Made by a program: the position numbers and the translations under genes
The notes under the pieces: model-generated
Seen by the model: the letters and a program-made list of their open reading frames with translations, nothing else
What the model was told of the DNA's origin: nothing
Databases searched by the model: none
From: Dethiobacteria bacterium
GTDB lineage: Bacteria > Bacillota > Dethiobacteria > DTU022 > UBA8154
Reading direction: 5' to 3'
Assembly (NCBI GenBank): GCA_050942625.1
Contig: JBMNNS010000002.1
Span: 1-56,769, forward strand
DNA: 56,769 nt
In this document: piece by piece, positions 7,962 to 15,969 of the stretch
Position numbering within the stretch: position 1 is the stretch's first letter
Layout of the letters: each line of letters opens with the position of its first letter

Positions 7962-8633
7962 TTAACCCAGGACCAAATTGCAAAGTTTTTTTGGGGAAAG
8001 GATTTTCCCTTCTTTCATAACCCTCATACAGTCACCGGAAATTTCGTCTATAATGATGATCTGCCCCCTGGTTTCACCAAATTCCAGTTTAATGTCGATT
8101 AGTTCCATCCCTTTGGCGGCCAGATCTGCCTTAATCAAGGCTATAGCTTTTCGGGTAGTATTTTTGATCAGGCTTATAGCCTCCCTGCCCAGGATCTGTA
8201 GGGCAACAATTGTCTCTTCTGTAATAAGGGGATCACCAAGTTCATCGTCCTTGAGGGTGAATTCTATCAGTGATGGCAGGGGGGTTCCTTCCTGAATATA
8301 GCTACCATAGCGGCGTATAAAACTGCCATAAGCCTTTTCCCGGCAGATAACCTCAAGGTTAAAAGAATGTGCTTTTTTGACAACCATGCTTCTTTCTTCC
8401 AGACAGGCACTAATAAAATGGGTTGGCAAACCAGCTGCTTGTAGTAATTTGAAAAAATAAACACTAAGCTGTAAAGAGGCATTTCCCTTGCCGCCTATTT
8501 CCCCTATGACCTCATTTGCCCCAGGATCAATTTCCTTGCCTCTGCCTGTGACGGTGTCTTTAAAATAAAGCTGCAGATTGCCGTCCTCCCGTAGAAAAAC
8601 ATCCTTGGTTTTACCGCTGACTATTTTTTGCAA
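7962..8633 (-). CDS. purC: SAICAR synthetase family protein (divergent, short PurC-like)
   Basis: 223 aa, TTG start. Family motifs are colinear with PurC: GKTKDVF, FKDTVTG, GGKG, THFI, LEVICR..YGS, IEFTLKDDELGDPLITE, IDIKLEFG, IIDEISGD. The C-terminus is shorter than in typical PurC. Confidence 0.65.
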   Translation of the reverse strand: MQKIVSGKTKDVFLREDGNLQLYFKDTVTGRGKEIDPGANEVIGEIGGKGNASLQLSVYFFKLLQAAGLPTHFISACLEERSMVVKKAHSFNLEVICREKAYGSFIRRYGSYIQEGTPLPSLIEFTLKDDELGDPLITEETIVALQILGREAISLIKNTTRKAIALIKADLAAKGMELIDIKLEFGETRGQIIIIDEISGDCMRVMKEGKILSPKKLCNLVLG

Positions 8634-8709
8634 ATGGATATCCCCTTTTCTTGTTACTTTTTAGGAGGAATAAACCGGCCTCCCCGGTAGAAGAAAACCC
8701 TGCCACTAT

Positions 8710-8718
8710 ATTATACCA
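8710..8718 (-). promoter_or_regulatory. Candidate extended -10 promoter (TGGTATAAT) for the purC-like gene
   Basis: TGnTATAAT match about 75 nt upstream of the TTG start. The -35 (TATGCA) is poor. Confidence 0.35.
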
Positions 8719-8837
8719 GTAAACATCTTTTTTGCATACTAATAAGGATATTGGCTTTTTGCCACAAATAACATATAATAGAACATATATTCGTTATAAT
8801 TTTGATGAGCCTTTGACCTGGTTGGGGGATAATTAAA

Positions 8838-9167
8838 ATGAAAAAAATGACAGGCCAATTCCTCTGCAGCCGCATGATGCTCCCGGAGCATAAAGAGGCG
8901 TTATACCAACAACGGCAAAAAATCAGGGAAAAAGAAAACAATTATGTCCCTCTTTTTGATGAACAAGAGCTGGAGCTCTGGGAACGCCTTTTTCAGCAAT
9001 CCCTGGAACAAGGAACGGAAATAACAGTAACATATATTTCTGATGGTGAAAAAAGATTGGTTTCAGGAACAGCGTTTAAGCATGACATTTCTGGGGGAAA
9101 GATTATTATTGCAGACAGAAATAACAAAATTTGGGTACCAATCGAAAAAATACTTTCCATTGAGTAA
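8838..9167 (+). CDS. YolD-like family protein
   Basis: 109 aa. MLPEHKEAL near the N-terminus, a helical middle, and a C-terminal beta part (ITVTYISDGEKRLVSGTAFKHD...IEKILSIE), as in YolD-like proteins. SD GGGGGA. Confidence 0.55.
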   Translation: MKKMTGQFLCSRMMLPEHKEALYQQRQKIREKENNYVPLFDEQELELWERLFQQSLEQGTEITVTYISDGEKRLVSGTAFKHDISGGKIIIADRNNKIWVPIEKILSIE

Positions 9168-9341
9168 GGAAAGTATTTATACAATACCTTAAATTGGTGT
9201 AAAAGGTATTATTTAACTATGCAGTAGAACCCACGCCCTCTGAATGTTTCCAAAACATTACTTTAGTAGCATGGCATAATGGTCCCTGAGAAATTTAAAT
9301 ACCCAATTTTTTAAAAAAACTGTCTTGCAGGCTTAGCTTCC

Positions 9342-9710
9342 CTATACAAAACGTTTCCTATAGTTTTCTATTGCCTGGTGAAGTGCACTGGCGCCAAGGT
9401 TGGAACAGTGAATTTTAGGATTCGGCAAACCACCGAGTGCCTTGACAACATCCATATCCGTAATTTTTAAAGCTTCATCAAGATCTTTTCCTTTGGCCAG
9501 TTCTGTAAGCATGCTACTGGTGGCAATGGCAGCTGGACAACCGAATATTTCAAACTTTATCTCGGAAATACGATTGCCTTTAACACGAATATAAATACGC
9601 AGGTAATCTCCACAAGATGGGTCACCAACAGTTCCAACTCCATCCGGCCTTTCTATTTGACCTGCATTTCTTGGGTTTATAAAGTGATCAATTACTAGAT
9701 CAGTGTACAA
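9342..9710 (-). CDS. nifU: NifU/IscU-like Fe-S cluster scaffold (N-terminal-domain type)
   Basis: 122 aa with the three scaffold cysteines in context: GDPSCGD, GCPAAIATSS, KIHCSNL. TTG start after GGGAGGG. Confidence 0.85.
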   Translation of the reverse strand: MYTDLVIDHFINPRNAGQIERPDGVGTVGDPSCGDYLRIYIRVKGNRISEIKFEIFGCPAAIATSSMLTELAKGKDLDEALKITDMDVVKALGGLPNPKIHCSNLGASALHQAIENYRKRFV

Positions 9711-9754
9711 AGGAATCCCTCCCAGTAAAAATAAGGACAGCCAGGCATTAGCAA

Positions 9755-10612
9755 TCAGTTTTCGTGTGCTTCAGTACCAAATTCAAAGATACTACCGGCC
9801 CGGTTATCAAGGAACCTTTCCCCAAAAACTTGTTGAAAAACAGCAGTCGCCATAGGTCCAGTGCAGTGACAGGGTGCAATAAACTCAATTTTAAATCCAC
9901 GCAATGTCCTCAGGGTATAGGCAAGTCTGCTCACAGAGGCATTTAAAAGATGTGTTCCACCTATCAAAGCATAAATATCTTCCCTTCCGGTTAAACGGGT
10001 AACATGACGAAGCGTATTAATTAGCCCGGCATGTGTACAGCCTAGCAAAACAATGAGGCCCAGTGGGCTTTCTACCACAAGGGCCTGGTCGTCATTAAGT
10101 GTATCTTCCACAAAATTTTTGCCTGCTTTTCGAAAAAAGTAACGTTCCTGTTTTTCACTTTCCTCAAGACGAGGTACCTGCCCTGTTAGTAGCAGACCCC
10201 CGCCCAAATCTACCGGCTCTTTTTCTAGGTGAAGCCTGGCCCTCATTTCTAGTAACTGTTCCTGTGTCCAGGGAGGCCCAATATATTTAGGGCTTTCCCC
10301 CTCACGTATTCTATATTTACAATTAAAAACATCCGGATGAGCATAAACAGGAATTGAATTGTTTTTTTCCAATACATCTTTCAGACCACCGGTATGGTCA
10401 TAGTGCCCATGGCTTAAAACAACGGCGTTTAACAAACAAAAGTCAACCCCCAGCACTTCTGCATTTGCAAGCAGGGTTTGACCGGCACCGGTATCAAACA
10501 ATATCTTTTGTTCCCCAATCTCTAAAAGCATGGACAAACCATGTTCAGCAGCTAACCCATAAGAAGATACCCTGTTTTCACAAATTGTAGTAATTTTTAT
10601 TCTGGGGTGCAC
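9755..10612 (-). CDS. MBL-fold metallo-hydrolase (COG1237-like)
   Basis: KITTICENRV..AEHGLS..ILFDTGAG..VVLSHGHYDHTGGL. The start is uncertain: GTG at 10612 is preferred, while the track ORF extends to 10663. Confidence 0.75.
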   Translation of the reverse strand: MHPRIKITTICENRVSSYGLAAEHGLSMLLEIGEQKILFDTGAGQTLLANAEVLGVDFCLLNAVVLSHGHYDHTGGLKDVLEKNNSIPVYAHPDVFNCKYRIREGESPKYIGPPWTQEQLLEMRARLHLEKEPVDLGGGLLLTGQVPRLEESEKQERYFFRKAGKNFVEDTLNDDQALVVESPLGLIVLLGCTHAGLINTLRHVTRLTGREDIYALIGGTHLLNASVSRLAYTLRTLRGFKIEFIAPCHCTGPMATAVFQQVFGERFLDNRAGSIFEFGTEAHEN

Positions 10613-10723
10613 TACAATCCATCCTTTTACTCTACTGAAGGATTGATTCAATTCTCTTATCAAATATTAAACTATCATATTGTCATATGTCAAATATTTT
10701 TTTGTTCCTAAGTAAATTAACTG

Positions 10724-11173
10724 CTAGCGTTGCATTTCGGCACTCCAAGGAAATTTAACCCGCTCATCCCTTTTTTCTATTAGCCTGGTGCAATAATCAA
10801 TGATTTCCCTTCTTCTAATAATACCAATGAAAATATTATTGTCATCAACTATAGGAACATAATTCTGATCAATCGCCAGGGTAAGCAAATCCTTCATTTT
10901 GGCATCAATACGTACCGGGGTATTTACTATCCTTCTTGGAATATCTTTTAAACAAATATTTTTTGTTTCCTCAAAAGTTAAACCGGAAGTATTTTTTAAC
11001 TTCCACAACAAATCCCCTTCAGTAATTGTTCCAGCATACTTTCCCTCATTGTCTACAATTGGAATTGCTGAATATCTATGGTATTCCATTTTTTCCAGCG
11101 CTTGTCTCATGGTACTTTCAAAAGGCAGGTAAACAACATCCTTTTTGGGTACAAGGAAAAAAGCAATATTCAT
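10724..11173 (-). CDS. CBS-domain pair protein
   Basis: 149 aa with two CBS motifs (YSAIPIVDNEGKYAGTITEGDLL; NYVPIVDDNNIFIGIIRRREII). GGAGGA SD. Confidence 0.8.
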   Translation of the reverse strand: MNIAFFLVPKKDVVYLPFESTMRQALEKMEYHRYSAIPIVDNEGKYAGTITEGDLLWKLKNTSGLTFEETKNICLKDIPRRIVNTPVRIDAKMKDLLTLAIDQNYVPIVDDNNIFIGIIRRREIIDYCTRLIEKRDERVKFPWSAEMQR

Positions 11174-11287
11174 CGCAATTCCTCCATATAATTCCTTTTT
11201 TTCTTTATTCTAAATATATTAAATACTTCTTTTTATAGTATAGCATCAATGTTTAAAAAATTAAACCCTTTCAACACATTTTTTTGC

Positions 11288-11668
11288 CTAAAATATATTT
11301 TTTAAATTTGGAACCTCCTTCCCCCTAAAATTTTCGACCATACGCCGGGCAACACCGATTTCTACAAGTGCATTTTCTTTATTGTGGATTTCCACCCACT
11401 TTGAAACCCTGGTCATAGACATATCCAGTAGTTCGGTTTCCTTATGATCCATGAAAGGGGTCCACCAGTTATCAGCTTTTTCCCATACTTTATCAAGGGT
11501 TTTTACCTCCTGTAATGCTTCCTCCCAATTACCTTGTTCTACATTTTGTTCGATCAAATGAAGACTTTCTAATAGATTTTCTGAAAGTGCACTTGTTTGG
11601 AAAAACATAAAAGTAGCTAAAATTAATATTGCCCCAATCAATATTGCTGTCCCTGCTAATAGTCTCAA
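11288..11668 (-). CDS. DUF4363 family protein
   Basis: 126 aa. N-terminal TM helix plus a helical domain. It sits in the typical position just downstream of a DUF421 gene. TTG start. Confidence 0.55.
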   Translation of the reverse strand: MRLLAGTAILIGAILILATFMFFQTSALSENLLESLHLIEQNVEQGNWEEALQEVKTLDKVWEKADNWWTPFMDHKETELLDMSMTRVSKWVEIHNKENALVEIGVARRMVENFRGKEVPNLKNIF

Positions 11669-11688
11669 GATATTTCACCATATTTCCT

Positions 11689-12369
11689 TTACTGTTTGGC
11701 TTCTTTCTTTTGAAACAATAGGTTACCATTTGAATCAAGGTTGGCAAAAAAAACATCCTTTAAATTGTCTATGCCAAACTTTCTTAGCTCGCCTTTCAAC
11801 CAATCTTCTGTTAAACCAACACTTTTAAGGTTTTCATAGTCTACCTGGCCATCAACAATAAGCGAATGACAAATCCCCTCGTACTTAGTGGGGATATTCA
11901 AATCTGCAGGGGTTACCGGCCTATTTTGGGATTTTGGCACCACGCTTAACTGTCCATTGGTTTCCATGATAGCAAACTCTACATCTGCAATATTAGGATA
12001 GCCTCCCAGGCGAAGTTGCTCCAGCATATCGTTAATATTGACACGCAGATTCCGCAATTCCGATTCCACTACCTTACCATTTGAAATTACAATACTCGGT
12101 TTGCCGCATAAAAAAGCCCTCGCTCCTTTGTACTTCAAGGAAATCACGGAAACAACAACCTGTGCAAATACTATCAACAGGATGGGAACAATGCTGTTTA
12201 CCAGGGATATGCCAATATCCTCCATAGGGAAAGCTGCAAGAGCGGAAATCATAATTGCCACAGCCAATTCATAGGGCTGGAGTTGGCCTATTTGCCTTTT
12301 ACCCATCATACGCATAGCGGTAAAAACTAAAAGATATAATATTATTGTTCTGATAATAACTACAAACAC
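11689..12369 (-). CDS. DUF421 (YetF/YrbG-like) membrane protein
   Basis: 226 aa. MRMMGKRQIGQLQPYELAVAIMIS, N-terminal TM helices and a C-terminal soluble domain. GTG start after AAAGGAG. Confidence 0.75.
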   Translation of the reverse strand: MFVVIIRTIILYLLVFTAMRMMGKRQIGQLQPYELAVAIMISALAAFPMEDIGISLVNSIVPILLIVFAQVVVSVISLKYKGARAFLCGKPSIVISNGKVVESELRNLRVNINDMLEQLRLGGYPNIADVEFAIMETNGQLSVVPKSQNRPVTPADLNIPTKYEGICHSLIVDGQVDYENLKSVGLTEDWLKGELRKFGIDNLKDVFFANLDSNGNLLFQKKEAKQ

Positions 12370-12596
12370 TGGCCATAATCTCCTTTTCTACTTCAGCCTT
12401 TCCTGTATATTATAAATAATTTTTATTTACTTTATACAAACTTATGGGAAAGAAGGTCATTGCTTGATCAAATGTATTTTTAAGGTTACCATATGAGTAG
12501 AGCTTGGGACGGAAAAGTATGCCCCCCTGTGGGCAGCAATGGCCTTATAGATACTATATTGTAGAAAATTAATAATTATACAAGGAGGGCCTTATA

Positions 12597-13013
12597 ATGA
12601 AAACAAGGCGCGAATACCTTTGGTTTAATACCAAAAACAGGGTAGAATTTATCAACATTACCTCCAAGGTTCAGGACATCGTTGATAAAAGTGGTATTAA
12701 AGAAGGGCTGTGTCTGGTTAACGCCATGCATATCACAGCTAGTGTTTTTATCAATGATGATGAAAAAGGGTTGCATGAGGACTTTAAGAAATGGTTGGAA
12801 AAACTTGCCCCCCATGAACCAATCTCCCAATACGCCCATAACACCTTTGAGGATAATGCAGATGGCCATTTAAAAAGGCAGATCATGGGCAGGGAGGTTG
12901 TGGTTGCGGTCACAGAAGGCAAACTAGACTTTGGCCCCTGGGAACAAATTTTCTATGGGGAGTTTGATGGGCGCAGGGAAAAGAGGGTGCTTGTAAAAGT
13001 AATTGGAGAATAA
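12597..13013 (+). CDS. yjbQ: YjbQ-family protein (secondary thiamine-phosphate synthase, UPF0047)
   Basis: 138 aa. [28 protein letters not shown] and [16 protein letters not shown] are typical of the family. SD AAGGAGGG. Confidence 0.85.
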   Translation: MKTRREYLWFNTKNRVEFINITSKVQDIVDKSGIKEGLCLVNAMHITASVFINDDEKGLHEDFKKWLEKLAPHEPISQYAHNTFEDNADGHLKRQIMGREVVVAVTEGKLDFGPWEQIFYGEFDGRREKRVLVKVIGE

Positions 13014-13099
13014 ATAAATAGCCGTGAACAAAACACAGATCTGCGGCAGCAAACCCAATGAAAATCAAATTTATAGCTGCAAATTAGCTCTTGCAAGGA

Positions 13100-13135
13100 G
13101 CATGCAGGGGACGACCCTGCATGCCAATTTTTCTT
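13100..13135 (+). terminator. Intrinsic terminator of yjbQ
   Basis: Perfect 10-bp stem GCATGCAGGG/CCCTGCATGC, 5-nt loop, then CAATTTTTCTT. Confidence 0.65.
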
Positions 13136-13168
13136 CGCGTACCTGCTTTTTAAGGGTGTTACCTGGCT

Positions 13169-13585
13169 TTACCTTTTCATCGTTTTTGCCTGGCCATCGA
13201 CCACTATTTTCCCATCCTGGTTGACCACTAACGTCCTGAGGGTTATAATATTTTTCTTTTCGTCTTTTTCCAGGACCTCAACCTCAGCTGTTAAAGTATC
13301 CCCGATATAGACCGGTGCCTTAAATTGTATCTCCTGGGATAAATAAATAGTATTTGGGCCCGGCAAGCCTGTACCCAATACGGTTGAAATAAGTGAAGCA
13401 GAAAGCATTCCATGAGCTACACGTTTTTTAAAAAGACCCCTGGCAGCAGCAACTTCATTAATATGTACAGGGTTAAAGTCACCAGTTATACCCGCAAAAG
13501 TATAAATATCACTTTCACTAATAGTCTTACTAAAAGATGCCTTATCCCCAACCATTATTTCTTCAAATGACTTGTTATTAACCAC
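13169..13585 (-). CDS. MaoC-family (R)-specific enoyl-CoA hydratase/dehydratase (hot-dog fold)
   Basis: 138 aa. FAGITGDFNPVHIN and VAHGML motifs. GTG start after GGAGGT. Confidence 0.85.
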   Translation of the reverse strand: MVNNKSFEEIMVGDKASFSKTISESDIYTFAGITGDFNPVHINEVAAARGLFKKRVAHGMLSASLISTVLGTGLPGPNTIYLSQEIQFKAPVYIGDTLTAEVEVLEKDEKKNIITLRTLVVNQDGKIVVDGQAKTMKR

Positions 13586-13879
13586 TTTCTAATACCTCCA
13601 TTTTTTAATTTCCAATGTAACCGGATACCCCCACACTCCCTAACCCAGGAAAACACCTCCATGTTCCCAATAAAACCTTAATAAGTATATTCAACATTTA
13701 GAATAAATTACCTGTTTATTTATACCAAATATTAAATTTAGATAGGCTTTTGAATATTCTTATCTCTCAGAGGAAACCTGTATATATTTACACTAAAAGG
13801 GAATAAACTATATTAAGAACTGTAAAAGTTGGGGAAATTGGGGGAAAACCATGAGAACTGCAGAAAGAGAGGTAAAAAA

Positions 13880-14029
13880 ATGGCAGCTAATATTTTATCC
13901 AGCCTTCGGGATATGCGTGAAGATCTCCTCCGCCAATTGGTTTTGACCAGCGGTTCGGAAAAAGCTGAGATCTTGACAAAAATTATAGAAATAGAACAGC
14001 TAATCGCCGACGAAGAAAAGACAAGATAG
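13880..14029 (+). CDS. Hypothetical small helical protein (49 aa)
   Basis: ATG after AGAGAGG. Translation is MAANILSSLRDMREDLLRQLVLTSGSEKAEILTKIIEIEQLIADEEKTR. A plus-strand terminator lies about 180 nt downstream. No family recognised: it is loosely Spo0E-like in size and charge but lacks the SQELD motif. Confidence 0.3.
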   Translation: MAANILSSLRDMREDLLRQLVLTSGSEKAEILTKIIEIEQLIADEEKTR

Positions 14030-14205
14030 GGTGGAAGAACCAGAAAAAAAAGAAGGTAAAAGGTGGACAGGATCATTTACTCCTGAAAAAAAGCACAAGG
14101 GTATAAGTCTGTGTCAACCTAGTGTTTCCCGGGTAAGCGCCTTTTTATAGCGATACCAGCCATAAACCTGGCTTGCATTCTAATATACTATTTTTTTAAA
14201 TAACT

Positions 14206-14240
14206 GGGTGGAGATCCTCTCCGCCCTTGTTTTTTCCCTT
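14206..14240 (+). terminator. Intrinsic terminator-like hairpin
   Basis: 9-bp stem GGGTGGAGA/TCTCCGCCC (one G-T pair), loop TCC, followed by TTGTTTTTTCCCTTTTTT. Confidence 0.5.
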
Positions 14241-14251
14241 TTTTCTGTTTT

Positions 14252-14339
14252 TTGCTTCTTTTCCTTGCATCCTGTCCCTTGTATCTTGCTTCTTACCCCC
14301 TCATTTCTAGCCTCTTGTAGCCCTTGCTTCTTGCCCCCT
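14252..14339. repeat. CU-rich spacer with three TTGCTTCTT copies and a 38-bp periodic CTTGCTTCTT(A/G)CCCCCT unit
   Basis: TTGCTTCTT occurs at 14252, 14286 and 14324. CTTGCTTCTTRCCCCCT occurs at 14285 and 14323. A related tract lies at 52053-52093. Confidence 0.6.
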
Positions 14340-14353
14340 ACTTCTTGTATAAT
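14324..14353 (+). promoter_or_regulatory. Candidate sigmaA promoter of the DUF134 operon
   Basis: TTGCTT - 18 nt - TATAAT, about 45 nt upstream of the ATG at 14400. Confidence 0.35.
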
Positions 14354-14399
14354 TAAACTACGTTGTTTAGGCAATTAATATATATAAAGGAGATAAATT

Positions 14400-14900
14400 A
14401 TGGCAAGGCCGCCTATATCACGCAAGGTTGCTTTCTTACCGGTTCTTACCTATTTTAAACCGGCTGGCGTACCTATGAAAATATTGGAAGAGGTACATTT
14501 AAGGATTGAAGAACTGGAGGCGGTTCGACTAAAGGATTTGGAAAAACTTGATCAGGAAGCCTGTGCCGAACAAATGGGCATTTCAAGGCCTACCTTCCAC
14601 CGCATTATCACTTCAGCGCGCCATAAACTGGCACTTGCTTTGGTAGAAGGTAAGGCTATCCGTATTGAGGGAGGTAATTACAAGTTTAGCGTTGGACAAT
14701 TACATTGCTATAACTGTAATTTTGAGGGCAGGTTCAGTAAAAAGAATGCATCTTTAGCCAACCCTAAAGGGGCAGATCCTGAAAAAAGACCTCTTCGGTG
14801 CCCCCGCTGCGGTTCACGTAAATTAAAAACACTCCGGGTTAATAATTCCCAGGATAGTCATAATTTTAAAGAACAAACAAAGCAAAATAGGGAGGGGTAA
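14400..14900 (+). CDS. DUF134 (UPF0251) DNA-binding-type protein with a C-terminal zinc-ribbon extension
   Basis: KPAGVP...ELEAVRLKDLEKLDQEACAEQMGISRPTFHRIITSARHKLALAL is the DUF134 core. The extra tail has CYNC...CPRC. SD AAAGGAG. Confidence 0.75.
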   Translation: MARPPISRKVAFLPVLTYFKPAGVPMKILEEVHLRIEELEAVRLKDLEKLDQEACAEQMGISRPTFHRIITSARHKLALALVEGKAIRIEGGNYKFSVGQLHCYNCNFEGRFSKKNASLANPKGADPEKRPLRCPRCGSRKLKTLRVNNSQDSHNFKEQTKQNREG

Positions 14901-14907
14901 CAAAACG

Positions 14908-15969
14908 TTGAAAAATTATCAAATAGCGGTTATACCAGGCGATGGTTCAGGTCCTGAAATGGTGCATGAAGGAATGCGGGTCCTTAAATCTACTGCTGAA
15001 AAATTTGGCTTTAACCTTGACTTTTCAACCTTCAACTACGGAGGGGAACACTACCTGCAAACCGGTGAAGTCTTGCCCGAAGATGCAGTTTCTACACTAT
15101 CAAAATACCAGGCCATTTTCCTGGGGGCCATCGGGCACCCTAAAGTAAAGCCTGGCATCCTGGAAAAAGGTATCCTTCTGCGACTCCGTTTTGAACTAGA
15201 TCAATACATAAACCTGCGTCCAGTTAAACTTTACCCCGGTGTAGAAACTCCTTTAAAAAACAAAGGACCAGAGGATATAGATTTTGTAGTCGTACGGGAA
15301 AACACGGAAGGGCCTTACGTCGGCAGTGGCGGTTTTTTTAAAAAAGGCACACCCCACGAAATTGCTTTACAGGAATCCATTAATACACGCAAAGGTGTGG
15401 AAAGATGTCTTCGCTATGCGTTTCTCTACTGCCGGAAACGCAACAAAAAGAAAAAATTAACCCTTTGTGCTAAAACAAATGTTCTTACCTACGCCTCCAA
15501 CCTTTGGGAAAGGACCTTCCATGAAGTAGGGGCTGAGTTTCCGGATATTGAAAGGGATTATGGACACGTTGATGCTATCTGTATGTGGATGGTAAAAAAC
15601 CCTGAAATTTTTGATGTTATCGTTACAGACAACCTTTTTGGTGACATCATCACTGATCTGGGGGCCATTATCCAGGGGGGCATGGGTATAGCTGCAGGAG
15701 CAAACATAAACCCACAGGGAACCTCCATGTTTGAACCTATAGGTGGCTCAGCTCCCAAATATGCAGGGAAAAATATGATTAACCCCCTGGCAGCAATCTG
15801 CTCAGCCGGCATGCTGCTGGAACATCTTGGTGAAAAAAAAGCTGCAACAGCTGTTGAAAAAGCGGTAATGAAAGTCTGCGCTAACGATATAAAAAGCCTT
15901 TCTGCAGGAGAAATGGGCCATGGAACCAGTGAGATTGGGGACCTGGTAATAAGTTACCTCAATGACTAA
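14908..15969 (+). CDS. Isocitrate/isopropylmalate dehydrogenase family enzyme (tartrate/D-malate/3-IPM dehydrogenase-like)
   Basis: 353 aa. VIPGDGSGPE, RENTEGPY, DNLFGDIITDL and GSAPKYAGKN motifs. TTG start 7 nt after the DUF134 stop. No leuCD genes are nearby, so the substrate is not assignable. Confidence 0.8.
   Translation: MKNYQIAVIPGDGSGPEMVHEGMRVLKSTAEKFGFNLDFSTFNYGGEHYLQTGEVLPEDAVSTLSKYQAIFLGAIGHPKVKPGILEKGILLRLRFELDQYINLRPVKLYPGVETPLKNKGPEDIDFVVVRENTEGPYVGSGGFFKKGTPHEIALQESINTRKGVERCLRYAFLYCRKRNKKKKLTLCAKTNVLTYASNLWERTFHEVGAEFPDIERDYGHVDAICMWMVKNPEIFDVIVTDNLFGDIITDLGAIIQGGMGIAAGANINPQGTSMFEPIGGSAPKYAGKNMINPLAAICSAGMLLEHLGEKKAATAVEKAVMKVCANDIKSLSAGEMGHGTSEIGDLVISYLND

Noticed and set aside
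13024-13224. 66-aa plus-strand ORF
   Set aside because: It spans the yjbQ terminator hairpin and overlaps the 3' end of the MaoC gene on the other strand. It has no SD.
14180-14374. 64-aa minus-strand ORF
   Set aside because: It is the purine-rich complement of the CU-rich repeat spacer (a K/E/G/Q repetitive translation). It runs through the hairpin and the candidate promoter, and has no SD.
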